This document shows positions 32,999-44,407 of a DNA stretch of 64,000 nt, in pieces. Origin of the DNA: Azolla caroliniana (lineage: Eukaryota > Plantae > Polypodiophyta); assembly GCA_043228905.1 (NCBI GenBank), contig JBHGNT010000001.1, forward strand, positions 20,956,001-21,020,000, given 5' to 3'. The position numbers and the translations under genes were made by a program. The notes under the pieces are model-generated. The model worked only from the letters and a program-made list of their open reading frames with translations. It made no database searches and had not been told where the DNA came from. How positions within the stretch are numbered: position 1 is the stretch's first letter; each line of letters begins with the position of its first letter.

Positions 32999-34627
32999 TT
33001 ATATTATTTTTACTTTTTCACGTAGTGTACGAAATACACTACGACACTCGCCCCCTCCGAACCCGCACATCCTCCGGTATGTGCCGAAGTTGCCGATGCT
33101 CGTTGTCTTCCCTTCATCCTCCGTTTGTCCCGCTATGTCAACTTTGTCTCTCCATTTTGAGTAGACCCATTCTTTCCACCCGAACCATTGTCGCCATCCG
33201 ATCCACCATATTCTTTGTTCATTCTTTGCATTGCCATGAGTGGTTGTCATGGTCCCTTGTGGTACTCTTGAGCATCTCGGTGTGTTGTCTCTCTCCACTC
33301 CGCGCTTGTCTTCCGTAGGTTCTACCCACGCGTCGATGTCGACCTCCGAATACGCGCTCGCTGTTAGGTCCTTGTGCGGCTTTAATGCATGCTTTATTTC
33401 TCGATGTTGTGCATGCGTCGTATTAGGCCGTAGCGCATGCTTCGTATTCCATCGTAGTGCATGCGCCGTATTACCCCGTAGTGCATACTTATTTTTGCAC
33501 CGTAGCGCGTGCTTCTTTTTGCGCCGTAGCGTGTGCTTCTCTTTACGCCGTAGCACGTGCTTCTTTTGGTGCCGTAGTGCGTGCTCCGTATTACATGCTT
33601 CTCCCATCGTAGACCCGACCTTCGCGTTGTCATGCTTTTGTTTACATCGGAATTTCAGACGGATCATCTTCCATCCGAACCGGCTTCCGACTTTACCTTC
33701 CTTGTTGCCACCTCCCGTCTCTCCGGTCTCACGTTGGTTCTCGGACACAACCGCCGAAGTCTCTAGAATTAGTGGGTAGGAATCCTCGGTATTATCATCT
33801 TCCGTTGTTTCACCCATAGCCATGTTCTCCTTGGCTATCTCTCCTTCGTATGCATCGGCTTCGACCTTCGTTTCGTTGCCGCCACTTTCCTTATCTTCGG
33901 TGTTATGTCGACACCCGGGCTCCAGTACCGAAGTCTCCGAAACAATGGTGAAGGAATCCCTTCGTTCGTGCTCATTTACTTTGTCTTCCTCGTTGCCCTT
34001 CCGGTCCTCCACTTTTCCACCGACACATTCCGTCTCTCCGGTCTCACGTTGGTGCACGGGCACAGCCGCCGAAGTCTCTGGAACCGGTGTGGGGATACCC
34101 TTTCGTCCTCGATCTTCCTCCTCCTCGTCCTTTGTTGGCCTCGACTTTGGTTCGGTTTTAAGCTCCCCTTCAATGTCGACTTGCGACTTTTCATGCATCT
34201 CCGAACCCTTCCGCATCAAGCTCTCCTTCGGTGGTAGTCGGTGGCCGCTTTTCACCCACTGTTGACCGCCGTTCGTGGACCATGTCCTCGTCCGCTTCGG
34301 TCTTAGATAGTCATATGCGTCTCGTATAGCTTCTTCAAAGGACTCCCACGTCGGGCTTTGTTGTTGTATCTCGTGGATTCTCTCTTGAAGCTCATCCGTA
34401 GCCACCCGGTTGAAAGATAACACTTGCAATCTTTCTGAGATACCATATCGCAACATCTCCATTTTGTAGTCACGTAGATAGCGTGACACGTCTTTTCCAT
34501 CGAATTGCCCGTTCTGTTGCACGAGCCGTTGTACTACTGTCGTGATCTCCGACATCTCGCGTTGTTCTTGTAGCATTCTCTCGAACATCATCATCATCAT
34601 GTTCATCGCCTCTTGTTGATTCTCCAT
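32999..34627 (-). CDS. Gag-derived 542-aa protein with acidic repeats and 9 KHALR-type octapeptides
   Basis: Open ORF starting just after the PBS; N-terminus (GQFDGKDVSRYL...TWESFE) aligns by eye with G6 Gag (GQFDGRNVTKFL...TWSEFE); stop lies inside the 3' LTR. Confidence 0.85.
   Translation of the reverse strand: MENQQEAMNMMMMMFERMLQEQREMSEITTVVQRLVQQNGQFDGKDVSRYLRDYKMEMLRYGISERLQVLSFNRVATDELQERIHEIQQQSPTWESFEEAIRDAYDYLRPKRTRTWSTNGGQQWVKSGHRLPPKESLMRKGSEMHEKSQVDIEGELKTEPKSRPTKDEEEEDRGRKGIPTPVPETSAAVPVHQRETGETECVGGKVEDRKGNEEDKVNEHERRDSFTIVSETSVLEPGCRHNTEDKESGGNETKVEADAYEGEIAKENMAMGETTEDDNTEDSYPLILETSAVVSENQRETGETGGGNKEGKVGSRFGWKMIRLKFRCKQKHDNAKVGSTMGEACNTEHALRHQKKHVLRRKEKHTLRRKKKHALRCKNKYALRGNTAHALRWNTKHALRPNTTHAQHREIKHALKPHKDLTASAYSEVDIDAWVEPTEDKRGVERDNTPRCSRVPQGTMTTTHGNAKNEQRIWWIGWRQWFGWKEWVYSKWRDKVDIAGQTEDEGKTTSIGNFGTYRRMCGFGGGECRSVFRTLREKVKII
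33371..33587. repeat. 24-bp coding tandem repeat x9
   Basis: EHALRHQK KHVLRRKE KHTLRRKK KHALRCKN KYALRGNT AHALRWNT KHALRPNT THAQHREI KHALKPHK. Confidence 0.9.
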
Positions 34628-36094
34628 CTCCTTGCCACCCGCCTTCGCGTCGGGTTCACCAACTGTGTCGTGCCTTTCGGCTCCGGATCGTTGCGTGAGT
34701 CGGGTGGGAACCGCTGGGGTTTTGGACTAGGAAGAGGAGAGTTTTAAGGCTAATAAGAATATAAATATGTTGTAAGAAAGAGTTATAGCAAACTCGTGAA
34801 TCCCACGAGTGTATTGTATTTGATTAATCAATATGAATATAAGAATATAAACTTCGGTTGAAAGAGAATGATATAGAATTCTCGTGAATCCCACGAGTAT
34901 AGTTTATTAATTGGTGTTTTTTAGAAACATATCCAGTTTCCAAATATTTTTCACACACCTATTACATTGTGCTCCCCATCCTTATATAGTGATGGGAGAG
35001 ACTAAGCATAGCTACATGCTTTTTTTCTAATATGTTCATGCACACTAAATGTGCATGTGATGCTTTTCTAATCCTTGCTTTTATTTGCTAAATATAGTGC
35101 TCATGCACGCTAGATGTGCATGAGTCACTTTTTAGTCGCTTGCGTTTTTCTATAAAATATTCACGCACTCTAAAAATACATGATTTACCTTTTAATAAAG
35201 GTAGGCGCAAATAAAGCACTTATAGTTATTAAATCTATTTATAAAACACTAAAGATAAGGTAGCATAATGGTAAAGTTGAGGTTTGGCTACGTGGAGGTA
35301 TAAGGTTCAAATCTTGCCCTATGCACGTGATAAATATCTTGATTTTCTTATTTTATTTATTTATATGTAATTAAATCGGTTATATTATTTTTACTTTTTC
35401 ACGTAGTGTACGAAATACACTACGACAACGTGGATAAGTGTGAGGGTTAAACAAAGAGTCTAAAGAAGGGGAGGATTACTTTTAATCCTCGGGATTGAGA
35501 CAACCCATGAGGCCAAGTGTGAACATGGCTGGGGGCCTTGAGAATTACTATAAATAAGAGGCCTAGCTACCCTCATTTGGGGATGCATTGACTACGTCGA
35601 GACTCTGTCCGTGAGTGGAACGACTCTTGTAGCAAGCGCGCTATCGTCCAGGTACGACTCGACGCCAAGGCGGTGGTATGGGACGCCGATCGAGGCTCGA
35701 GTCCGTCTCGATCCCTTCGCTCGGGGGTGGTCGGGTGGATCGGCACCCTTCTTTCTCTCTTTTCTCTCTATTCTTTCTAGATCTATCATTGATATATCCT
35801 TATTTTATGCTTACTTTAGTACCTAATCTCTAATATTTGGTATCAGAGCCTATGTACTAACGTTTCTTTTGGTTTTCTTTTTGTCTTCGCGTGGGATGGC
35901 GATTGATCGTTGTGCGGTCGCCTTCATGCAGACAAGGATTAGCGAAAGAACTTCGGTAAATTTTCCTTAATTTTTTATCTAATTTTTCTTCTCCCTTCTA
36001 TACATGTGTATACTTAATATGTAGTTTTTTTTTCATATATTCAATGATGTTGACGTGGTATTTAATTGGTTATCTTAAACGTTTACATATGTCC

Positions 36095-36340
36095 ACGAGG
36101 TCAATACCTCGTTTGACATATAAATCATATGTGATGAGTGTCGTATGCGTACGAGGTTACTACCTCAATTGCGTATTACGTTCACGAACATATGTTACGT
36201 TCGCGTACGAGGTCAATACCTCGATTCGTTCGAAATGATATGCGTTGGATTTACTATGCGTAAGAGGTCAATACCTCAATTGCGAATTACGCTTAACCTT
36301 ATTTTCGGATGTTTCGTGTGCGTAGAGGTATATGCCTCGA
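36095..36340. repeat. Five palindromic gaggt-N4-acctc motifs at ~56-bp period in the G5 5' leader
   Basis: Copies at ~36095, 36151, 36207, 36262, 36323. Confidence 0.85.
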
Positions 36341-37533
36341 TTAAGTATCCCGAATACATCATTGTTGGCTATATAAAAAAAACGATTCATTTAGTATACG
36401 CATATGTGGTCACTTATATACGTCTCTGATCGTATATATGTGATATATTGACATATGTGTATATTTTAGATTACGTGATTCATATCAAATGTTTTCCTAA
36501 TTGGGGAGAGGATTTTGGTGGCCGTCCTCACATTTTTGTGAGAATGGCGTTGTCACCATCCCTTTTATCAACAATTTTTATTGTTGAAATTCCCGTTGGT
36601 CACTTTGATCTTTCGTTACGTAACGAACCTCGTATAGCCAAAATGATGTTGAATACGTCGGGCTTGATCCACATCAAGTAGGGTCGCTCTAATGACACAC
36701 GTATCCAACATCTCCCCTCGTTACATGGATACGATGCCACCATGAGCTCGTTCTTACGAGCGCCATTCGTAATGACGTGACCATGTGATGGGCCACATGA
36801 GCCTACGAAGACACAAGGGCTCATTCGGCTTGACCATTAGGTTACACTTTGGCATATGCCATTGTACTTACGAGGCTTGAGGGTAGGTAGCGTACAACCA
36901 TAGTGGGTAATAAATGAGGGAGAAATAAGGCCACTTGACCTATATGTTTCTTTTAAAAAAAACATATAGGGGCAAATGCCTCGCATATCTCGAATACGCC
37001 TCAAACATTAAACATTCAAGACGCGCAATCTACTTGGTTGGCTCAAGTGTTTAATGTATTTGTCCTCGAGGTCTCGAGTTCAAATATGACCAACACCATA
37101 CAACATCGTTGATACATATGACTATAATACATGTTTAGACTTTAGGTCTAAGTGCACTTCGGGGTCCTCGTAATAGGACTTAAAGAGCCGAAACCACATA
37201 TGTGGGCACAGAAACATAGTTATTGTTAACATTTTTTTCGTGTATAAACTATTCATGACGCGAACATACATGGTTGAGCCTCGGGGAGCCGCCATGAAAA
37301 AAATCGATATAGAGATCAGGGAAAGGCATTCATTTGTCACCCCCATGGTTTTTAAAACACCTCTGTGTTACCATAGTAACCTGATCTTGAACCTCATCTC
37401 ATACGTCTAGAGGGGTATTGACGTGAGATCATGATATCGATTAATGTTTGCCCATGATATGTTTACACCACGACAAGATGTTATGACTATTTGTCTGACC
37501 TTATCTTATTTCTTTGCCAGAAATAATCATTCA

Positions 37534-40500
37534 ATGGCTCAGAATAACGACCCGATGCCCTCCGCTCAAGCGGAAAGACCTCAAGGAAATCCTCCTGGGA
37601 CAATGTCCATTGAGGCGTATATTTTACAAGTACAACATTTCCTTAGTTCAACCGCGCAGCAGTTGACCGAATTTCGGCAATCTCAAAGTGCTCTCGAGGC
37701 ACGAGTCATTAGTCTCCAAAATGAGATTAATAGACCTGATGAGCGTCAGGGTGAACCATCATTTGTCGTAAAGCCATTTACGGGAGATAAAAAGGAAAGA
37801 ACCGAAGAAGCAATCTGCACGTGGCTGGGCCGATGGGAGTCTCATTTTGAGCTCTATCCCACGCCAGATAGTACGAAGATTGCATATGTCGGCCGAGAAC
37901 TAGGGGGTAAGGCCGCCGCTTGGTGGCGTGGGCTCCGAACTTTGGGGAGATTGCCCGAGACCTGGACAGACTTTGTCACACTTTTCAAGGGTCAATTTCT
38001 ACAACCTCCCTCTCGAACCGAGGCAGCACAAGCTTTAATGAACCTCTCTAGCAGGAAATTTTCCTCGCTAGAAGACTATGTCCACCATGCTAGAACCCAA
38101 ATCCAAAAATCGGGTCTAGAAGGGGACAATTGGTTAATAGCTTGTTTTGTCAATGGCATCCCCAATTCGGACTATCACTGGATAGTGCACGATAAGGATC
38201 CAAAATCCTTCGAAGAGGCCGTTGAGATAGTTCTTCGCTATCAACGCACTTCGAAGAAGGACCATAACAAACCCAACGAAGCGCCCGGGACTAAGCAGTC
38301 GCAATTCGTTGGGAAACGCAAGACACCCAACGAATTCATGGACCGCGATTATAAGCGACAACATCCTTTTTGCGTATTCTGCAAAAAGAAGGGTCATACA
38401 AAAGAGCAATGTCGTAAGCTCCAACGAAAAGAGCACGACGCCAAACCTAAAGCTACAGACCATAAAGGTCAGATTCCTAATGTCCTTCAGGTCTATACAC
38501 ATCATTTGAGTAATTGTCAATGTTCTTTCCCTCATTATGTATTGGGTCCCAATGATTTACTACGTGCAAACGGGTATATCAATGGATCTCCCGTACAATT
38601 TTTATTTGATTCGGGAAGCTCACACAATTTTGTGAATGATCGTTTGGTACAGATATGGGGAATCCAACCCACCGTAAGTGATCACACCTACACGGTGCAC
38701 TTGGCTGATGGAAGAGTACAACACATCAACGGGGCGATTCATTCTTTAGGAATTTCTATTGATACCTATATAGAGGAAGTAGACTTCCATGTAATGAATC
38801 TTAGTACCACCGATGTAATACTGGGTTATCCCTGGTTTTATAATAAAAGCTCTTCTTTATTTATTGATTGGGTTCGCCATTCCATTTCTTTTGTACTCAA
38901 CGATTGTACGCATTTTATTCAATGTGTAACAAAACAATCCCTCTCGATTGTTTCCTCGTGTCCATCAATATCCGAGTTGTCTTGTTCTACGTTATTTTAT
39001 TGTGTACTTGATCCGGACATTCACGTTTACAATATCGATAATGTCTCGGGTCAATTAACATATTTTGAACAAAAACAACTTGATGAAATCGTAAACGATT
39101 TTCGTGATGTTTTTCCTAGTGAACTACCCGATGGTTTACCTCCTAAACGTAATATAGACCATCGTATAGATATTGTACCTGGCATTGCACCCATTAGTAT
39201 ACCTCCGTATCGCCTAAGTCGATCTGAAGAGGATGAGGTAGCTAAGCAACTTAAGGACTATTTACGAATGGGTTATATACGTTATAGTAAATCTCCATGG
39301 GGTGCACCAGTTCTCTTGGTTAAAAAGAAAGAGGGCACATGGCGTATGTGTATTAATTACCGACGCTTGAATAAAGTGACGATCAAGAATTCGTACCCAT
39401 TGCCCCGGGCTGACGATCTAATTGACCGTCTCCAGGGAGCTCGGTATTTTACGAAACTTGATCTCCGTACTGGCTACCATCAAATACGAATAAGTGAGGA
39501 CGATGTTCCTAAAACAGCATTTCGTACGCGCTACGGCCATTATGAGTTTTTGGTTATGCCTTTTGGTTTGACCAATGCTCCGGCTACATTTCAACAAGAA
39601 ATGAATGACATTTTCCGAGAACAACTTGGAAAATTTGTCGTTATCTTCTTAGATGATATTTTAGTTTATAGCCGTACATTACAAGAACATGCTAGACATG
39701 TCCGCTTTGTTTTACAAATATTGCGTGACAAACAATTTTACGCGAAGATCTCAAAATGTGAGTTCTTCAAGAAATCAATTACTTATCTTGGACATCTCAT
39801 AACCGAACGAGGAGTTGAAATTGATCCTTCTCGCATCGAGAAAATCAAGCTTTGGCCCACTCTTCGGAATATTCGAGAAGTTTGATCATTCCTTGGTTTT
39901 GTCGGATTTTTGCGAAAATCTCTTCGTAATTACTCACAATTGACGACGCCGTTTACTGATCTTCTAAAAGGTCAAACGCGTAAGTCTACAAAACCTATTG
40001 TGTGGAATGCTACACTAGACCTCGCCTTTAAGGAACTCAAGGACTTGGTATGCAAGGCTCCTTCACTTCTTTTACCCGATCCTTCAAAACCTTTTGAGGT
40101 TGAAACCGACGCAAGCGATTATGCTATAGGTGCTGTCTTGTATCAAGATGGTAAACCAATAGCATTCGAGAGTAAGAAACTTGATTCTGCTCAATGTCGG
40201 TATACCGTTCAAGAAAAGGAATTATTTGCGGTTATACATGTGCTCAAAACATGGCGCCATTATCTTTATGGAAATCGCTTTGTGGTAACTACGGACCACG
40301 AGTCCTTGAAATATTTTTGTGACCAACAAGACCTGAAAGGTCGTAAGGCACGATGGGCTGATCTCATCCAGGACTTTGATTTTTCCATACGCTATCGTAA
40401 AGGTTCCATGAATACTATCGCTGATGCACTAAGTCGCATCCGTGAAGTTAACATGCTTAGCTTCACTGAAATAACATCAGATCTTTATGATCACCTTCAA

Positions 40501-41967
40501 GGAAAGTATCCTGATGACAATTATTTTGCAAAATACTGGGCAAGAGTCGAGTCTGGAACAGACACCACCACACCCTCGAAGGAATACTTCCACATTGCTA
40601 ACGGTCTGCTCTACCGTAATGGGAAGGTTTGTGTTCCAGATTTACCTGAGGTCAAAAAGAGAATTCTTTTTGAATGCCATGATGCACCCTCAGCAGGGCA
40701 CCCTGGAATACATCGTACACTCGTTCTCATCTCCACTCAATTTTATTGGCCTAAGATGCGTCCTGACATACATAGCTATGTGACTAAATGTCACCAATGT
40801 CAGGTTAACAAAGCCGAGCGACTTAAAGCCGCAGGACTTTTACATCCCTTGGACATTCCCAATAATAAGTGGGAAAGTATATCCATGGATTTTATTGTTA
40901 GCCTTCCTCGCACCCAAAAAGGTCATGATGCCATATGGGTTGTGGTTGACAGACTAACTAAAATGGCCAGATTTATTGCTACTAAAACCACGGTAACAGC
41001 TCCTGAATTGGCTTACCAATTCGTTGATGAGTTATTTCGTTTTTACGGGTTACCGATGGATATCGTGAGTGACCGAGATCCGAAGTTTACTAGTGACTTC
41101 TGGACGCAAGTCTTTAAGAAGTTAGAAACTACGTTGAGCATGAGCTCCACAGATCATCCTCAATCCGATGGACAGACAGAACGAGTAAATCAAATTATTG
41201 AGGACATGCTTCGAGCATACGTTGGTGCAAAACCAACAAAATGGGAACGTTACCTCCCAATTTTGGAGTTTGCTTATAACAGCTCCAAGCATACGTCGAC
41301 GGGATATAGTCCTTTTATGTTGATGTATGGATTTCAGCCACGAGCCCCGATTGATGTTAATATACATCATGATGAGTTGCGAAGTACGCAAAACTTTCTT
41401 CGGGATATGCAAGATATGTTGCATATTGCACGGGATAATATAAAAACAGCTCAAGATAGAGCGCGTTTTTATGCCGATCATCACAGGCAACCTCGTGTAT
41501 TCAGCCCTAGACAGAAGGTATTTTTACGTGTACCTCACAATTCTAAGACATTGTCTACGGGTAAGTGCGCTAAGTTAGCCCCACGGTTTTGTGGACCTTT
41601 TACAGTCCTCAAACGCATTGGATCATCAGCCTATCGTCTCGCTCTTCCCGATGGTGTTGGAATCCATCCAGTCTTTCATGTAAGTCGTCTAAAAGAACTT
41701 CTAGGTTCTGGCGACAATACAGTTACAACTGAAACTCTGGTTACTTCTGAAGATTTATCTTCTAAACCACATGTACCAGAAAGAATTCTCGATATTAAAA
41801 CAAAAAAATTACGTGCTAAGGAAATCCGAGAATTTAAAATAAAATGGATGGATAAATCAATCAAAGATGCCACATGGGAACGCGAAACGACTCTAAGAAC
41901 TAACTTCCCTAACTTTCCATTGCAAGAGTGCAATGTTTTAAAGAGGGGGAGTATGTTACGGGCATGA
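37534..41967 (+). pseudogene. G5 gag-pol (gag, CCHC, PR, RT, RH, INT, chromodomain) with one in-frame stop
   Basis: ORFs 37444-39885 and 39910-41967 share one frame; TGA 39883-39885 falls in IREV*SFLG; motifs FDSGSS, FLDD, TDAS, ISMDF, GPF, PERIL...KW...DATWE. Confidence 0.93.
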
Positions 41968-44407
41968 CCATATAATATCCCGTGGTGAGAATTGTCGTAG
42001 TATTCTATACACGTGGATAAGTGTGAGGGTTAAACAAAGAGTCTAAAGAAGGGGAGGATTACTTTTAATCCTCGGGATTGAGACAACCCATGAGGCCAAG
42101 TGTGAACATGGCTGGGGGCCTTGAGAATTACTATAAATAAGAGGCCTAGCTACCCTCATTTGGGGATGCATTGACTACGTCGAGACTCTGTCCGTGAGTG
42201 GAACGACTCTTGTAGCAAGCGCGCTATCGTCCAGGTACGACTCGACGCCAAGGCGGTGGTATGGGACGCCGATCGAGGCTCGAGTCCGTCTCGATCCCTT
42301 CGCTCGGGGGTGGTCGGGTGGATCGGCACCCTTCTTTCTCTCTTTTCTCTCTATTCTTTCTAGATCTATCATTGATATATCCTTATTTTATGCTTACTTT
42401 AGTACCTAATCTCTAATACCTTGACTGTTGTCATGTCCGACATCAATCTTCTGCTCATTTTGGTCGTCATTCCTACAAGCCGACCCAACTCTCCATCCAC
42501 GTGTATAACATTTGGCTGTCAGTGGACATACTCCTTGTCTCCCCTGTGTGGTTCTCTTCAACTGATAGCATCGATTGAAGGTCAAAGGAGGGTGGTTTCT
42601 CTCTGGTGTAGATGGTCGTCCTGAATGGCCCGTATATCTACGCCAAGCCTCCCAGGAAAATATGAACCATTTCATCTTCGTCCACCGTCACGTTGATGGA
42701 ACACAATGCATCACAAATATCCTTTATTTTGGAGGTGTAGTCGGTCACTGACATGTCCTTTTGTTGGACTTTGTTCAACACTTGTTTCAACTACAATTTT
42801 TTGGTTGTTGTGCTCATAGCAGAAATCTTTTTCAGATTTTCCCACGCCTCTTTCGGTGTCTTGGCATCTCTGATATAGTCAAGCATTTGATCATGAACAC
42901 AAGACGTTAAGCAATAAAGCACCATACTTGCTGCCCGCTCCCAAGCCTGAAAGTCTTTGTGTGTCAACTTCAACGTTTCTTCATTTACTCCATCAATGTA
43001 ACTCTAGGAGCCGTGTCCTAACAAGTACTAGTGCATCTTGTACACCCAAGGTACGTAGTTGTTATACTCTAGCTTCTTAGTGGGCAGCAAGCTTCCCATG
43101 TTCTTGTCCATTCTGTTGATGATCAACTACCTTATACTTGTGGTCTTGTCTTTGTGTCAAATTGTCGGTTATAGACGATTAGTTCGAACCCTCGCACTCT
43201 AATACCATGTAAAGTTTGCGGAAGTTGACACATACAATCGGCTTAGCTGAATAGATAAACCACAATAATGGAAACACAGAGATAGAATCAAAACTAGAGA
43301 TTGAGATGAAGATAGTAATACAGAGATATACTTAACGCCAAAATAGAACACTAATTATCGTTTACAAAACAGTTGTCACCATACACAATGCTCAGAGAAC
43401 TGTTTTTATTGAAGACCTCAAGTACCTCTCATAAAGGTGGGGGTTGTCAATTCGGCTCATTCATGAGCACTTAATCCTACCGAACCTAATTATTGGGAAT
43501 GACACGCTAGTGTCCTAGTTGAGCTTGTCATCTCAAGACACATGAACATGTAGCTGGGTTCCTAGCTAAGTGCATCCTAGGTATGATAACCACTAGTGAA
43601 TTCCAATTCCAAGAATTCATTGAAGAAGCTTTAATCATGCGAACACATGCGTGACTGTCGATTCATTAGATACCCATGAACAAAGAATAAAGTTCCATCA
43701 TAACAAGCACTCCAAAGAAGCAACAATGAGCACCATGCAAAAGTGTTCCTTTGGCAAGAATTGGTTTGTGGGCTACCTTTCGTGATAGGTTTCAAATACC
43801 CAATTGCAAGGCCTAGATTCTTTACATGCCCAATTGCTATGGGAAATTGCATTGTTCAGTCCCCTTGTTCTGGGCATCATTAACGAAGGATGTTCTATCA
43901 CCTTGTAAACGGGTTGTCATTCAACTTTTTATCCCCACCATAGTGTAAGGTTGTTTTAGACTACTTTACATATCATGGAATGTGGTACAATTGGAGTCTG
44001 AGAAATGGGTTTTGTTTGATGGTCTCCAATAGGTACCACAAAAGAGGAGGGTCACTAGGGGAATTGATTGGGTAGTTCTCGTAGCACCAAAGCTCTCATA
44101 AGATCTCCTCCCCACTTTTCCTCTTTGGAAGTGTCAAAAATGTTTGCTTTGGTTTGGCTTGGTTTTTACTCCTGCTAAGAGAGAGAGAGAGAGAGAGAGA
44201 TGGTTTATTTATTTCCCTTTGTATATGACATATGTAGACATATGTATGTATTTCCCTTTCTCTTACTTTCTCGAGTATGTATGTATGTACACGCACGCAC
44301 GCACGCAGGGAGGGAGGGAGATATATATACATATGATATATGTATATATATATAATCACTGAAAGACACAAGAAGAAGAAAGAAAGAAAGAAAGAAAGGA
44401 GAGCGTA

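Larger units (their letters stand above)
32285..35427 (-). mobile_element. G4: young gag-only (TR-GAG-like) LTR element inserted in the G5 5' LTR
   Basis: 762-bp LTRs 32285-33046 and 34666-35427 (1 mismatch seen), 4-bp TSD acgt, PBS tggtgaacccgacg (34661-34648), PPT ggagggggcgag (33058-33047), no pol. Confidence 0.96.
32224..42418 (+). mobile_element. Gypsy G5: full-length chromovirus with TG...TA LTR termini
   Basis: 465-bp LTRs (32224-32284 plus 35432-35835; 41954-42418), 1 mismatch seen, TSD ccttg 32219-32223/42419-42423, PBS-Met 35838-35850, PPT aaagagggggag 41940-41951. Confidence 0.97.
31277..43538 (-). mobile_element. Copia D: degenerate truncated Copia-A-like element split by G5
   Basis: 5' LTR ~43208-43538, decayed PBS 43196-43207, gag 43100-42424 continuing at 32223, protease VWYVDSGAS, pre-integrase LWHKW...HLDVWG to ~31280. 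Confidence 0.82.

Noticed and set aside
36095-36340. CRISPR-like repeat-spacer geometry
   Set aside because: Eukaryotic retrotransposon leader with no cas genes; repeats are short, and linkers 2 and 4 resemble each other, as in a decayed tandem repeat.
39883-39885. Programmed stop read-through in G5
   Set aside because: The stop lies within the RT region at an expected Arg (CGA>TGA), not at a gag/pol boundary.
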